DNA from: Nitrospirota bacterium
Lineage (GTDB): Bacteria; Nitrospirota; UBA9217
DNA: 18,122 bases
Assembly (NCBI GenBank): GCA_029858565.1
Contig: JAOUEV010000062.1
Span: forward strand, 1 to 18,122
Direction: 5' to 3'
This document shows positions 7,327-16,095 of this stretch, one piece after another (position 1 is the first letter of the stretch; each line of letters starts with the position of its first letter). The notes beneath the pieces are model-generated. The model was not told the DNA's origin. It saw only the letters and a list, made by a program, of their open reading frames with translations, and made no database searches. Made by a program: the position numbers and the translations under genes.

Positions 7327-10300
7327 ATGAAACTTCCTGAAATATCCATAAAACGTCCTGTATTCATGACCATGGTCGCTCTTGCCTTGATCGTGTTCGG
7401 CATCGTGGCGTTCCCGCGACTTGCGCTCGACCTGTTCCCAAAGGTGGATTTCCCGATCGTGAATGTCACTACCAAGCTGGTGGGCGCGAGTCCGGAGATC
7501 ATGGAGGTCGATGTCACCGATACGATAGAAGAGGCGGTCAATACCATCAGTGGCGTTAAATCGATAACGTCGCGCAGTATGGAGGAGTATTCGATCGTAA
7601 CCGTCGAGTTCTATCTTGAGCGGAACGTTGAACAAGCCGCCCAGGATGTTCGGGACAAGGTCGCGGCGGTCAAGAACCGGTTGCCCAGGGATACGGAACC
7701 GTCGGTCATTGAGAAGATCAGCCCGGAGGACCAGCCGATTGTCTGGATCGCTGTATCGGGAGAGCGGACAATAAAGGACCTGACACATTATGCCGACAAG
7801 GTCCTAAAGCGGGAGATCGAAAAGATCCCGGGTGTCGGGTCCGTGACCATGAGCGGCGGACGAAAGCGGCAGGTGCGAATCTGGATCGACCGAAATAAAA
7901 TGGATGCAGCGGCATTGACGTCAGAAGACATCAAAATTGCCCTCGGACGTGAACACCGGGAGGTTCCTGGAGGAAGGGTAGAAAACGCGCGAACTGAATA
8001 TATCGTAAAAACCAAGGGCGAATTTGAAACGCCTGAGGCGTTCAACGACCTGGTGATCGCCTATCGCTACGGAAAGTTGATCAAACTTCGCGATATAGGA
8101 TCAGCCGAGGACGGTCTTGAGGATGAACGGTCGCTGACGAGGTTCAACGGGAAATCGGCAGTTAGCCTTTCGGTAAAAAGACAGTCCGGAGAGAACACGG
8201 TGGCTGTGGCGGAACGAGTAAAGACCGCTGTCGCCGGTATCAAACCGCCCCAGGGGGTGCATCTTGACATCACCTTCGACCAGTCAAAGTATATACGGCG
8301 TTCCATTGAGGATGTTCAGGTATCGCTCTGGCTCGGCGCGGTCCTGGCCGTCCTGATCATATTCGTCTTCCTCAGAAGCATGCGCAGCACCTTGATCAGT
8401 GCGGTCTCGCTGCCTGTATCGGTCATCGCAACCTTCGCGTTCATCCAGATGTTCGGCTTCACCCTGAATATGATGACCATGCTCGGCCTTTCCCTGTCAA
8501 TCGGCATACTGATCGATGACGCCATCGTCGTTCTTGAGAACATCTATCGCCGCATGGAAGAAGGGGAGGAGCCCATGCAAGCGGCGTTAGAAGGATCGTC
8601 GGAGATCGGATTAGCGGTCATGGCCACGACCCTCTCGATCGTCGCCGTATTCGTGCCCGTCGCTTTCATGAAGGGCCTTATCGGTAAGTTCTTCTTTGAG
8701 TTCGGCATCACGGTGACCGTCGCGGTTCTTGTTTCGCTCTTTGTATCGCTGACGCTTACTCCCCTGATGACCTCCCGGTTTTTGAGCTATAAGAAGAAGC
8801 ACGGGAAACTGTATATGTTCCTGGAAAAGGGTTTTGACAGGGTATTCGACCTGTATAACCCTCTCCTGGCCTTTGCCTTGCGGAACCGCTGGAAGGTTAT
8901 CCTTTTCGCAGGCGCAAGCGTCGTCGCCGGTCTCGCGCTTTTCGCCGTTCTCGGCAAGGAATTCATGCCGCAGGAAGATCAGGGCCGGTATCTTGTCCGA
9001 CTGGAAATGCCCATTGACTACTCGCTTGCACGGGCAGACAACGTGATGAGAAAGATCGATGAGCAGATAAGGAAAAGGTCGGAGGTGCAGAGCACTTTTT
9101 ACGTTACGGGGTCCGATCTTACCCCGGATGTCAATAAGAGCAAAATATACGTTAACCTGAAAGAGCGAAAGGACAGAAATATCGCACAAGCGGACTCGAT
9201 GAAGGAGGTCCGGGACTCGCTCACCAATATATCCGACTTGAAAGTTTCCGTTGAAATGATCGCTATGGTGGGAGGAGGTATGCGAGCTGTTCCGATCCAG
9301 CTTATGGTCCAAGGCAGTGACCTTGAGGACCTGAATAAACGCACCCTTGCGATCAAGGACAAATTCTCAATGATTCCCGGCGTCGTGGATGCTGATACCT
9401 CGATCGAGATCGGCAAGCCGGAAGTACGTATCCAGATAGACCGGGACAAGGCCGCAAACCTCGGTGTTTCGGCTGGCGCTATAGGCGCGACAGTCAATAC
9501 CATGATCGGGGGCGAGATCGTTGGCAAGTACAAAGATGAAAAAGAAGGAGAACGGTATGACATTATGGCACGGTTATTGGCCTCGGAACGGGACCGCCCC
9601 GGGAATATCGACACGCTCCTCATCAGGGCCTCTACAGGAGAACTGGTGCCGCTGAAGGACATTGCTATGACACGGATCGGAACGGGGCCGACGGTGATCA
9701 TGCATTACAATCGACAGAGGGCGGCGACGCTCTTCGCGGGCACGGAAAAAACCAAACCCATGGGCGAGGCGATGAATGATCTGAACAAAATTGTAGCTGA
9801 AAACATCTCGGAGGATATCTCGACCAAGTACGTGGGCATGGCGGATGTCATGCTGGATGCCTTTAAGAACATCGCTTTCGCGATGGTCATCGCGGTTATC
9901 ATGGTCTACATGATTCTGGCCTCCCAGTTCGAAAGCTTTGTGCATCCTTTTACGATCATGTTCTCATTGCCTGTCAGTTTGATCGGCGCGATGGGGGCAT
10001 TGTACCTGACGGGGGAGCGTGTTCAGATCTTCAGCCTTATCGGCATTATCATGCTGATGGGACTGGTGACCAAGAACGCCATCCTGCTCGTTGATTATAC
10101 GATAACGCTTCGGCATCGGGGCATGAGCAGGGAAGAGGCGCTAATGAAAGCAGGACCGGTCCGGCTTAGACCGATTGTTATGACCACGGCTGCTATGGTG
10201 TTCGGCATGCTGCCCACAGCGCTCAAGATTGGCGAAGGTGCTGAAGCGCGCGCACCCATGGCAATAGCTGTGATAGGAGGACTAATAACCTCGACCCTGC

Positions 10301-10383
10301 TGACACTTGTGGTTATCCCGGTTGTCTATACACTGGTAGATGACATCGAGAAATGGTTTAAAGCAAAGACTACAACGCGATGA
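7327..10383 (+). CDS. RND efflux transporter permease (AcrB/MdtB-like)
   Basis: 1018 aa. SIKRPVF N-terminus and an intact proton relay: [26 protein letters not shown] and RLRPIVMTT. Confidence 0.96.
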   Translation: MKLPEISIKRPVFMTMVALALIVFGIVAFPRLALDLFPKVDFPIVNVTTKLVGASPEIMEVDVTDTIEEAVNTISGVKSITSRSMEEYSIVTVEFYLERNVEQAAQDVRDKVAAVKNRLPRDTEPSVIEKISPEDQPIVWIAVSGERTIKDLTHYADKVLKREIEKIPGVGSVTMSGGRKRQVRIWIDRNKMDAAALTSEDIKIALGREHREVPGGRVENARTEYIVKTKGEFETPEAFNDLVIAYRYGKLIKLRDIGSAEDGLEDERSLTRFNGKSAVSLSVKRQSGENTVAVAERVKTAVAGIKPPQGVHLDITFDQSKYIRRSIEDVQVSLWLGAVLAVLIIFVFLRSMRSTLISAVSLPVSVIATFAFIQMFGFTLNMMTMLGLSLSIGILIDDAIVVLENIYRRMEEGEEPMQAALEGSSEIGLAVMATTLSIVAVFVPVAFMKGLIGKFFFEFGITVTVAVLVSLFVSLTLTPLMTSRFLSYKKKHGKLYMFLEKGFDRVFDLYNPLLAFALRNRWKVILFAGASVVAGLALFAVLGKEFMPQEDQGRYLVRLEMPIDYSLARADNVMRKIDEQIRKRSEVQSTFYVTGSDLTPDVNKSKIYVNLKERKDRNIAQADSMKEVRDSLTNISDLKVSVEMIAMVGGGMRAVPIQLMVQGSDLEDLNKRTLAIKDKFSMIPGVVDADTSIEIGKPEVRIQIDRDKAANLGVSAGAIGATVNTMIGGEIVGKYKDEKEGERYDIMARLLASERDRPGNIDTLLIRASTGELVPLKDIAMTRIGTGPTVIMHYNRQRAATLFAGTEKTKPMGEAMNDLNKIVAENISEDISTKYVGMADVMLDAFKNIAFAMVIAVIMVYMILASQFESFVHPFTIMFSLPVSLIGAMGALYLTGERVQIFSLIGIIMLMGLVTKNAILLVDYTITLRHRGMSREEALMKAGPVRLRPIVMTTAAMVFGMLPTALKIGEGAEARAPMAIAVIGGLITSTLLTLVVIPVVYTLVDDIEKWFKAKTTTR

Positions 10384-10452
10384 AAAGAAAGGTAATTATA
10401 GGATTAGTAAAATAGCAAGTGTTACTTTAACTATTAGCATAAGGAACGACGC

Positions 10453-11274
10453 GTGATCAATCTAGGGCACATCATATATTCAAATTGCTATCCTGTCCAT
10501 GCGGGTATCCTGAATGGTGGGATCTCTTTCCCCTTCAAAATGACCAGCGGGATTCCAACGGAACTGAATCGCTATTTGGCAGAAGGGAAGATCGATGTCT
10601 CTCCGTCCTCGAGCATTGAGTATGCCGTGAACGCGGGGAAGTACCTGATCCTTCCTGGATTATCCATCACATCCCGTACCAGAGTAATGAGCATTATTCT
10701 AGAGAGCAGTGTTCCGATCGGGGACCTGGGGAATAAAGTTATTGCTCTTACCACGGCATCGGCTACGTCCGTCGTCCTTTTGCGGATCATCCTCGAACTA
10801 TTTATAGGTGTCAATCCCGAGTTCCTGGTTTATGAACAGGGTAAGGAGGATCCCTATGGAATGGCTGACGCTGTTCTAACTATTGGGGATCTGGCGATCA
10901 AGAGAGCTGCTTCTCCGTCATTACCGTATGTTTACGATTTGGGTGAAATATGGCATCGGGAAACGGGACTACCCTTTGTCTTCGCTCTCTGGCAGGTGAA
11001 TTATCGCAAAAATCTTGAGCAGGACATTGCCAGGCTGTATGATATACTCATGGAGTCCAAGAACTACGGACTTTCCCATTTGGAGGAACTTGCCGCAACG
11101 GCTGCGGGTCACTTTGGAATCTCAGCGGAGACCTTGATCGCCTACTGGGGATGTTTTAGCTATGATTTTAGCGCCGCAGAGCAGAAGGGCCTGGTAACCT
11201 ATTATAACTTTGCCGCGGACCTGGGAGTGATCGACACGGTGCCTGATCTTAGGATCTGGAGCAAAAGCTCCTGA
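10453..11274 (+). CDS. mqnA: chorismate dehydratase, futalosine menaquinone pathway (MqnA family)
   Basis: GHIIYSNCYP, PTELN, DVSPSSSIEY, VMSI, SATSVVLL, IGDLA and DLGEIWHRETGLPFVFALW motifs. GTG start with AAGGA SD. Confidence 0.88.
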   Translation: MINLGHIIYSNCYPVHAGILNGGISFPFKMTSGIPTELNRYLAEGKIDVSPSSSIEYAVNAGKYLILPGLSITSRTRVMSIILESSVPIGDLGNKVIALTTASATSVVLLRIILELFIGVNPEFLVYEQGKEDPYGMADAVLTIGDLAIKRAASPSLPYVYDLGEIWHRETGLPFVFALWQVNYRKNLEQDIARLYDILMESKNYGLSHLEELAATAAGHFGISAETLIAYWGCFSYDFSAAEQKGLVTYYNFAADLGVIDTVPDLRIWSKSS

Positions 11275-11302
11275 GATTTCCGAAGAGCGATATAATATTC
11301 CT

Positions 11303-12292
11303 ATGGTATATGAACATCATGAAGAGAATGTCCACGACCACTACGGTCACGACCACGCAGACGAGCATGGTCATCCTCATGGCCTCTCCCATGCCTCTAT
11401 CGGAGGGAAGCGGGGGCTTCTGATCGCGCTCGGGATCACGCTGCTGATGATGGTCGCGGAAATCATCGGGGGCGTCCTTTCAAATAGCCTTGCGTTGCTG
11501 TCCGATGCCGGCCATATGTTCACGGATACGCTCGCCCTTGCATTATCCTTCTTTGCCATGAAGTTCGCTGAATTGCCCGCCACGGACCGAAAGACATTCG
11601 GGTTCTATCGCCTCGAGATCATAGCGGCACTGGTGAACGGGACGGTGCTGATGCTCATATCCCTCTATATCATCTACGAGGCATATATGCGCATAGCGTC
11701 TCCTCCTGAGGTGCAAGGTGGGCTGATGCTGGTCGTCGCGATCATCGGCCTGGTGGTCAATATCGCGGGTGCCCTGGTTTTGGTCAAGCATCATAAAACA
11801 AGTCTGAACATCAGAGGCGCGTTCCTGCATATCATTGGAGATGCCGTCTCCTCGGTTGGGGTCATTATCGGCGGCGTCGTTATCACCTATACCGGTTGGT
11901 ATCTTATCGATCCTATCCTGAGCATGCTGATCGCCGTGGGAATCATTGCAGGAGCGGTCGGCCTGGTGTCCGAGTCGGTGAACGTGCTCCTGGAATCGGC
12001 GCCTTCGCACCTCAATGTTGCGACCCTGGCAGTTGAGATCGCAGCGATACAAGGTGTTCGTGAGGCTTACCATATCCATGTCTGGACAATAACCTCGGGC
12101 GTTCATGCATTGAGCGCTCATGTGGTGATCGATGACCAGATGGTCAGTGATAGCCGTGTGGTTCTCGATAATATCCGAACGCTCCTTTCGGACCGGTTCA
12201 GGATACTGCATAGTACGATCCAGATGGAGTGCCGCAGGTGCGATGATGAAGGTGTCTGTTCTCTGCCAACGGACATCAAGAATAGCAGATGA
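11303..12292 (+). CDS. cation diffusion facilitator (CzcD/ZitB-like Zn/Co/Cd exporter)
   Basis: His-rich N-terminus, SNSLALLSDAGHMFTD, TFGFYRLE, NIRGAFLHIIGD (HxxxD/HxxxD site A), HIHVW and HSTIQME. Confidence 0.95.
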   Translation: MVYEHHEENVHDHYGHDHADEHGHPHGLSHASIGGKRGLLIALGITLLMMVAEIIGGVLSNSLALLSDAGHMFTDTLALALSFFAMKFAELPATDRKTFGFYRLEIIAALVNGTVLMLISLYIIYEAYMRIASPPEVQGGLMLVVAIIGLVVNIAGALVLVKHHKTSLNIRGAFLHIIGDAVSSVGVIIGGVVITYTGWYLIDPILSMLIAVGIIAGAVGLVSESVNVLLESAPSHLNVATLAVEIAAIQGVREAYHIHVWTITSGVHALSAHVVIDDQMVSDSRVVLDNIRTLLSDRFRILHSTIQMECRRCDDEGVCSLPTDIKNSR

Positions 12293-12338
12293 ACCATTAC
12301 GTGCTCAGAACGTTTTTGCAAAAGGAGCTGAAGCTCAT

Positions 12339-12932
12339 ATGAATCACATCGGAAGAAAACTATACCATCTCCTCGGCGGATTGGGATTGCTGTCACTCTA
12401 TTTCCTGATAGGGAAAGAAAAGGTCTTTGTTGTCTTTGCGGCAATGGCGGCAGTGATCCTTGTTGTTGATATGTTGCGGCTCAAGGTGCCGGCGTTCAAT
12501 CTGTTCTTCTATAGGTATTTGGGAAGTTTCATCAGACGGAACGAAGAAAAAAAACTCACAGGAACGGCTCCGTATGTCATCGGAGTGGCGTTGACGCTGT
12601 ATTTTTACCGGAGCGATATCGCGGCGGTTGCGGTTTGCTTTCTCGCATTCGGAGACGTTGCCGCGACGTCAATTGGCGAACGCTACGGGAAAACGAAGAT
12701 AACCAGGGATAAGAGCCTTGAAGGGACCTTGGCGTTTGTGGCGGCAGCGGTCATGGGAAGTTTCGCGCTTGCCCTTGTGGGAATATCGCTCATGCACGGT
12801 CTTGTCCTTGCCGGCGCACTGACCGCAGCTGCTGTTGAGCTTCTGCCGCTGCCGGTCAATGACAATCTGGTAATACCACTGGCGTCTGGCGGTGTGATGG
12901 AACTGATCGCGAGAGCGACTGGATGTGCCTGA
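12339..12932 (+). CDS. CTP-dependent polyprenol/phytol/dolichol kinase family membrane protein
   Basis: RKLYH, R..EEKKLTG, LAFGDVAATSIGERYG, KSLEGTLAF and VNDNLVIP motifs. Start reassigned to ATG 12339 (AAGGAG upstream); the ORF-track start at 12132 overlaps the CDF gene. Confidence 0.85.
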   Translation: MNHIGRKLYHLLGGLGLLSLYFLIGKEKVFVVFAAMAAVILVVDMLRLKVPAFNLFFYRYLGSFIRRNEEKKLTGTAPYVIGVALTLYFYRSDIAAVAVCFLAFGDVAATSIGERYGKTKITRDKSLEGTLAFVAAAVMGSFALALVGISLMHGLVLAGALTAAAVELLPLPVNDNLVIPLASGGVMELIARATGCA

Positions 12933-12978
12933 TCCACCGACACCTGTGCTTTTGTGACCCGTTCATTCATCAACAGCG

Positions 12979-13811
12979 TTGAAAACGCTGCAACTCATCA
13001 GGATCTCAACAATAATGCGCCTGGGAATGCTCAACACGATCAGAAAATCCGCAAGGGTCCTGTTCTTCATGACGGCATGCGCTGGAACAGCGATGGCAGG
13101 ATCACCGGTGACCACCCTGCGGCAATGCATTGATACGGCTCTAAAGAATCATCCCCTGATCCGATCGGCGTCTGGAGCACAACTCGCGGCCGAGAGCAGG
13201 GACATGCAGTCGTCATCCAGTCGCAGAAGCTGTTGACCGTGGCTCAAAAGACGCTGGAGCAGGGGGAGTCTCATCTCAAACAGGCGCAGGCATTCTTTGC
13301 CGCAGGAGCGAAGCCCCGTTTCGATGTGACCCGTTCGGAGGTGGAGGTCAACAACGCCAGACTCGGTCTGCTGAATGCCCAGAACGCTCTTCGTCTCAGC
13401 ATGATCTCGCTCAACAATGCCATGGGCGTCGATCCGTCAACACAGCTGGTGAGCGAAGATGTCTCCGTGCAGCAGTTTACCGCACCGACCCTCGATGCAG
13501 CACTGCGGGAGGACATGGAAAAACGACCGGACCTGGCAAAGGCGAATGCTGATCTCCTTGCGACGCAGGCAAGGGTACGTTCAGCTGAAGGCGGATATTT
13601 CCCGAATCTGTCCGCCACAGGCTCCTATACCTGGGCGAACGGGACTTCGGAATACGGTGACATGTTCAGGGGAGACCTGGGAAACAGCTGGAACGCAGGA
13701 GTGACACTTACTGCAGTCAAGGCCGAGACCGATCATGTGCAGGCGCAGTATGATCTGCTGATGGCCATGGCCAGATTGCAGAAGGCCATAGGCATCATGC
13801 TGGTTGAGTAA
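12979..13811 (+). pseudogene. degenerate TolC family outer membrane protein (frameshift plus two large internal deletions)
   Basis: Frame 1 encodes a signal peptide and TLRQCIDTALKNHP (the start is more likely ATG 13015 or 13027). Near 13210 it shifts frame to VIQSQKLLTVAQK...YFPNLS...WNAGVTLT, then jumps near 13713 to the terminal helix AVKAETD...LQKAIG. About 270 codons versus 429 for the intact paralogue. Confidence 0.85.
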
Positions 13812-13841
13812 GCCTTTTTCAGGGGGGGAGGGGTCAGGATC

Positions 13842-14282
13842 ATGCCAAAGGTCGTTTCGGTTTTCAAGGTCAAGCTGCCGATCAAAGCCGTATGGTCCTT
13901 TATGTCCGACCGCAGGGAGGTCGGATGTCTGTTCCCCGGATGTCTCGGGGTCACGATTCTGAACGATCTCGACTCCGTCTGGAAAGTACGGGTCACCTTC
14001 GGCCCCTTTTCCAAGACCGTGAACATGCAGACCCATACAACGGTCTTCCGTGAGCAGGAGCAGCTCTCCTGGGTGGGAACGGGTGACCATGTCCGCCTGT
14101 CGGGCGATGTTCTCCTCCGGAAGATCTCGGACGGTGTGACCGAAGTGACTTATGATTTGGAAGGACACGTAAGCGGTCCCTTTGCCGCGTTGCAGGAGAT
14201 TGTGGTTTATGAGAAGCTCAGAGAGGTGAAAAACAAGTTCATCAAGAACATCCAGAGCGAGCTGGGATGGGTGCTGGAGTAA
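13842..14282 (+). CDS. SRPBCC/START-fold protein, CoxG-like
   Basis: F.V..PIKAVWSFMSD...VGCLFPGC...V.FGPF and a C-terminal amphipathic helix (KFIKNIQSEL). No TM anchor. Confidence 0.85.
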   Translation: MPKVVSVFKVKLPIKAVWSFMSDRREVGCLFPGCLGVTILNDLDSVWKVRVTFGPFSKTVNMQTHTTVFREQEQLSWVGTGDHVRLSGDVLLRKISDGVTEVTYDLEGHVSGPFAALQEIVVYEKLREVKNKFIKNIQSELGWVLE

Positions 14283-14304
14283 TTGCACTGGGTGAGGAGT
14301 GGGA

Positions 14305-15414
14305 ATGCTCAATATGTTGAACAACAAGAAGTTCCTGTGGATCGTCGCTGCAGCGATACTCCTGATCCTTGTTCTGATCCCGGCGCTGCGGAAGAAACCT
14401 ATCCTCGTGAAGGTCCAGGAGCTGAAGCCCGGGGAACTGCGGGTCATTGTGAACGCAACGACCACATCAACCGTAAAATCGGAGTACGAGGTGACCCTCT
14501 CGGCCCAGCGCACCGGAAAAGTAGTTCTCCTGCCGGTGCGTGAAGGTGATCGCGTACGTTCGGGCCAGTTGATCGCACGGCTTGATCTGACCGAGGAAGA
14601 GGTCCAGAGCGAGAGCGCACTGAAGCAGAGCAGAGCAACCTATTCAGAGGCCGAGCAGAATTTGAAGCGTTCCGAAGAGCTGTTCGCAAAAGGAATGATC
14701 GCACAGCAGGACCTTGATGCCGTGCGCAGGACCTATGAAGTGGCAAAATCGCAATTTCAGGCGGCAACATCAGACGTAACGGTACGTAAAGCTTATTCGA
14801 TCATTCGCGCGCCTTTTGCCGGCGTGGTTTCAAAAAAATACACAGAGGTCGGAGAACTGCTGCTGCCGGGCAAGCAGATCGTCACGCTGGTCAATCCCGA
14901 CAGGATCTACGTTCTGGCAACGATCGACGAGGTCGATGTCGGCAGGCTCAAGATCGGGCAGCCGGTCACGATCTCGATCGACGCATTTTCAGGAGAAAAG
15001 TTCGATGGCACGATCAGCCGCATATCTCCCATCGTGAGCGGAGGAAAGCTCGAAACGCGGACAGCTGATGTGTGGATCTATTTCAAGAATAGGGATGGGC
15101 GCATCAAACCTGGCATGTCAGCTGATGTAGAGATACTGATCACGACGCTTGAGAACGTTCTTTTTGTCCCTTCCCAGGCGATCATTGAGCGCGACGGCAA
15201 GAAGCAGGTCTACGTCGCGGACAAACGCTCCTTGAAGCCGGGAGATCGCGCGACCGTGTTGCTCCGGCAGGTGGAAGTCGGCGAGAGCAACTGGATTTCC
15301 ACGGAAATCAGGAAAGGTGTCACCACGGGCGACTACATTGTCACGACTCCTGAGGCGGAAGGTCTTAAGAACGGCGGAACCATCCAGGTGGAGCAGGACA
15401 AGAACAACCGATAG
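14305..15414 (+). CDS. periplasmic adaptor (membrane fusion protein), MacA/HlyD-like
   Basis: N-terminal TM, lipoyl halves (GKVVLLPVREGDRVRSGQLIARLD; IRAPFAGVV), hairpin, IDEVDVGRLKIGQ and IKPGMSADVEI. ATG 14305 follows SD GAGGAG (the ORF track starts at GTG 14299). Confidence 0.93.
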   Translation: MLNMLNNKKFLWIVAAAILLILVLIPALRKKPILVKVQELKPGELRVIVNATTTSTVKSEYEVTLSAQRTGKVVLLPVREGDRVRSGQLIARLDLTEEEVQSESALKQSRATYSEAEQNLKRSEELFAKGMIAQQDLDAVRRTYEVAKSQFQAATSDVTVRKAYSIIRAPFAGVVSKKYTEVGELLLPGKQIVTLVNPDRIYVLATIDEVDVGRLKIGQPVTISIDAFSGEKFDGTISRISPIVSGGKLETRTADVWIYFKNRDGRIKPGMSADVEILITTLENVLFVPSQAIIERDGKKQVYVADKRSLKPGDRATVLLRQVEVGESNWISTEIRKGVTTGDYIVTTPEAEGLKNGGTIQVEQDKNNR

Positions 15415-15417
15415 GCG

Positions 15418-16095
15418 ATGATCAAGCTCCAGAACATATCCAAGAACTACCGGATGGGAGAAGTCGAGATATGCGCGCTCTGCGGCGTCGACCTTGACGT
15501 CGCTTCGGGCGACCTGATCGCCATCATGGGGCCATCGGGTTCGGGGAAATCCACACTCATGAACGTTCTCGGCTGTCTGGACCGACCTACATCCGGCAGG
15601 TATCTGTTCGAGGACCGTGAGATCAGCGCTATGTCGGATGATGAACTCGCGCATGTCCGGAATGCGAAGATCGGTTTCGTGTTCCAGTCATTTAATCTTC
15701 TGCCCAGATTCACCGCGCTCAAGAATGTTGAAATGCCCTTGGTGTACAGCGGTGTTTCATCCCAGGCCCGTACGGAGCGGGCCGTTCCGGTGATGGAAAA
15801 AGTCGGGCTCGGCGACCGGATGTATCATAAACCGACAGAGTTGTCCGGCGGCCAGCAGCAGCGTGTTGCCATTGCCCGGGCGTTGGTGAATAATCCGCCG
15901 CTTCTGCTTGCTGACGAGCCTACCGGAAATCTTGACAGCCGGTCGGGCGCAGAGATACTGAACATCCTCGTGAACCTGCATCAGCAGGGAGTCACGATCA
16001 TTATCGTGACGCATGATCCGAACATCGCGGCCAGGTGCAAGAGGATCATTACGCTCAAGGATGGCGGCATCATCAGCAACGAGACGGTCCCATGA
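15418..16095 (+). CDS. ABC transporter ATP-binding subunit (MacB/LolD type)
   Basis: Walker [44 protein letters not shown] and VTHD. Confidence 0.97.
   Translation: MIKLQNISKNYRMGEVEICALCGVDLDVASGDLIAIMGPSGSGKSTLMNVLGCLDRPTSGRYLFEDREISAMSDDELAHVRNAKIGFVFQSFNLLPRFTALKNVEMPLVYSGVSSQARTERAVPVMEKVGLGDRMYHKPTELSGGQQQRVAIARALVNNPPLLLADEPTGNLDSRSGAEILNILVNLHQQGVTIIIVTHDPNIAARCKRIITLKDGGIISNETVP

Noticed and set aside
10384-10452. AT-rich spacer as an internal mqnA promoter or terminator
   Set aside because: A promoter is plausible, but there is no convincing -35/-10 pair or stable hairpin, so it is not called.
12132-12338. N-terminal extension of the kinase ORF
   Set aside because: It overlaps the conserved CDF C-terminus. 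Family similarity starts at MNHIGRKLYH (12339), which has its own SD.
13205-13236. Programmed frameshift restoring the second TolC
   Set aside because: There is no slippery sequence, and even a restored frame would lack two large segments, including barrel strands.
13822-13833. G7 run as a phase-variation tract
   Set aside because: It is short, intergenic and part of a purine-rich SD region. The sequence alone gives no evidence of length variation.
14263-14303. Four GGG runs as a possible G-quadruplex
   Set aside because: One loop is about 18 nt long, and the runs are explained by Gly/Trp codons and the SD.
13581-14513. 310-aa minus-strand ORF spanning three + genes
   Set aside because: It is antisense to the TolC remnant, SRPBCC and adaptor genes, with no family features. 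Long shadow frames are expected in GC-rich coding DNA.
14283-14543. 86-aa ORF starting right after the SRPBCC stop
   Set aside because: It is an alternative frame inside the adaptor gene, with a TTG start and no features.
16035-16091. Longer start for the ABC permease
   Set aside because: It overlaps the ATPase C-terminus. ATG 16092 with an ATGA overlap fits the family N-terminus.
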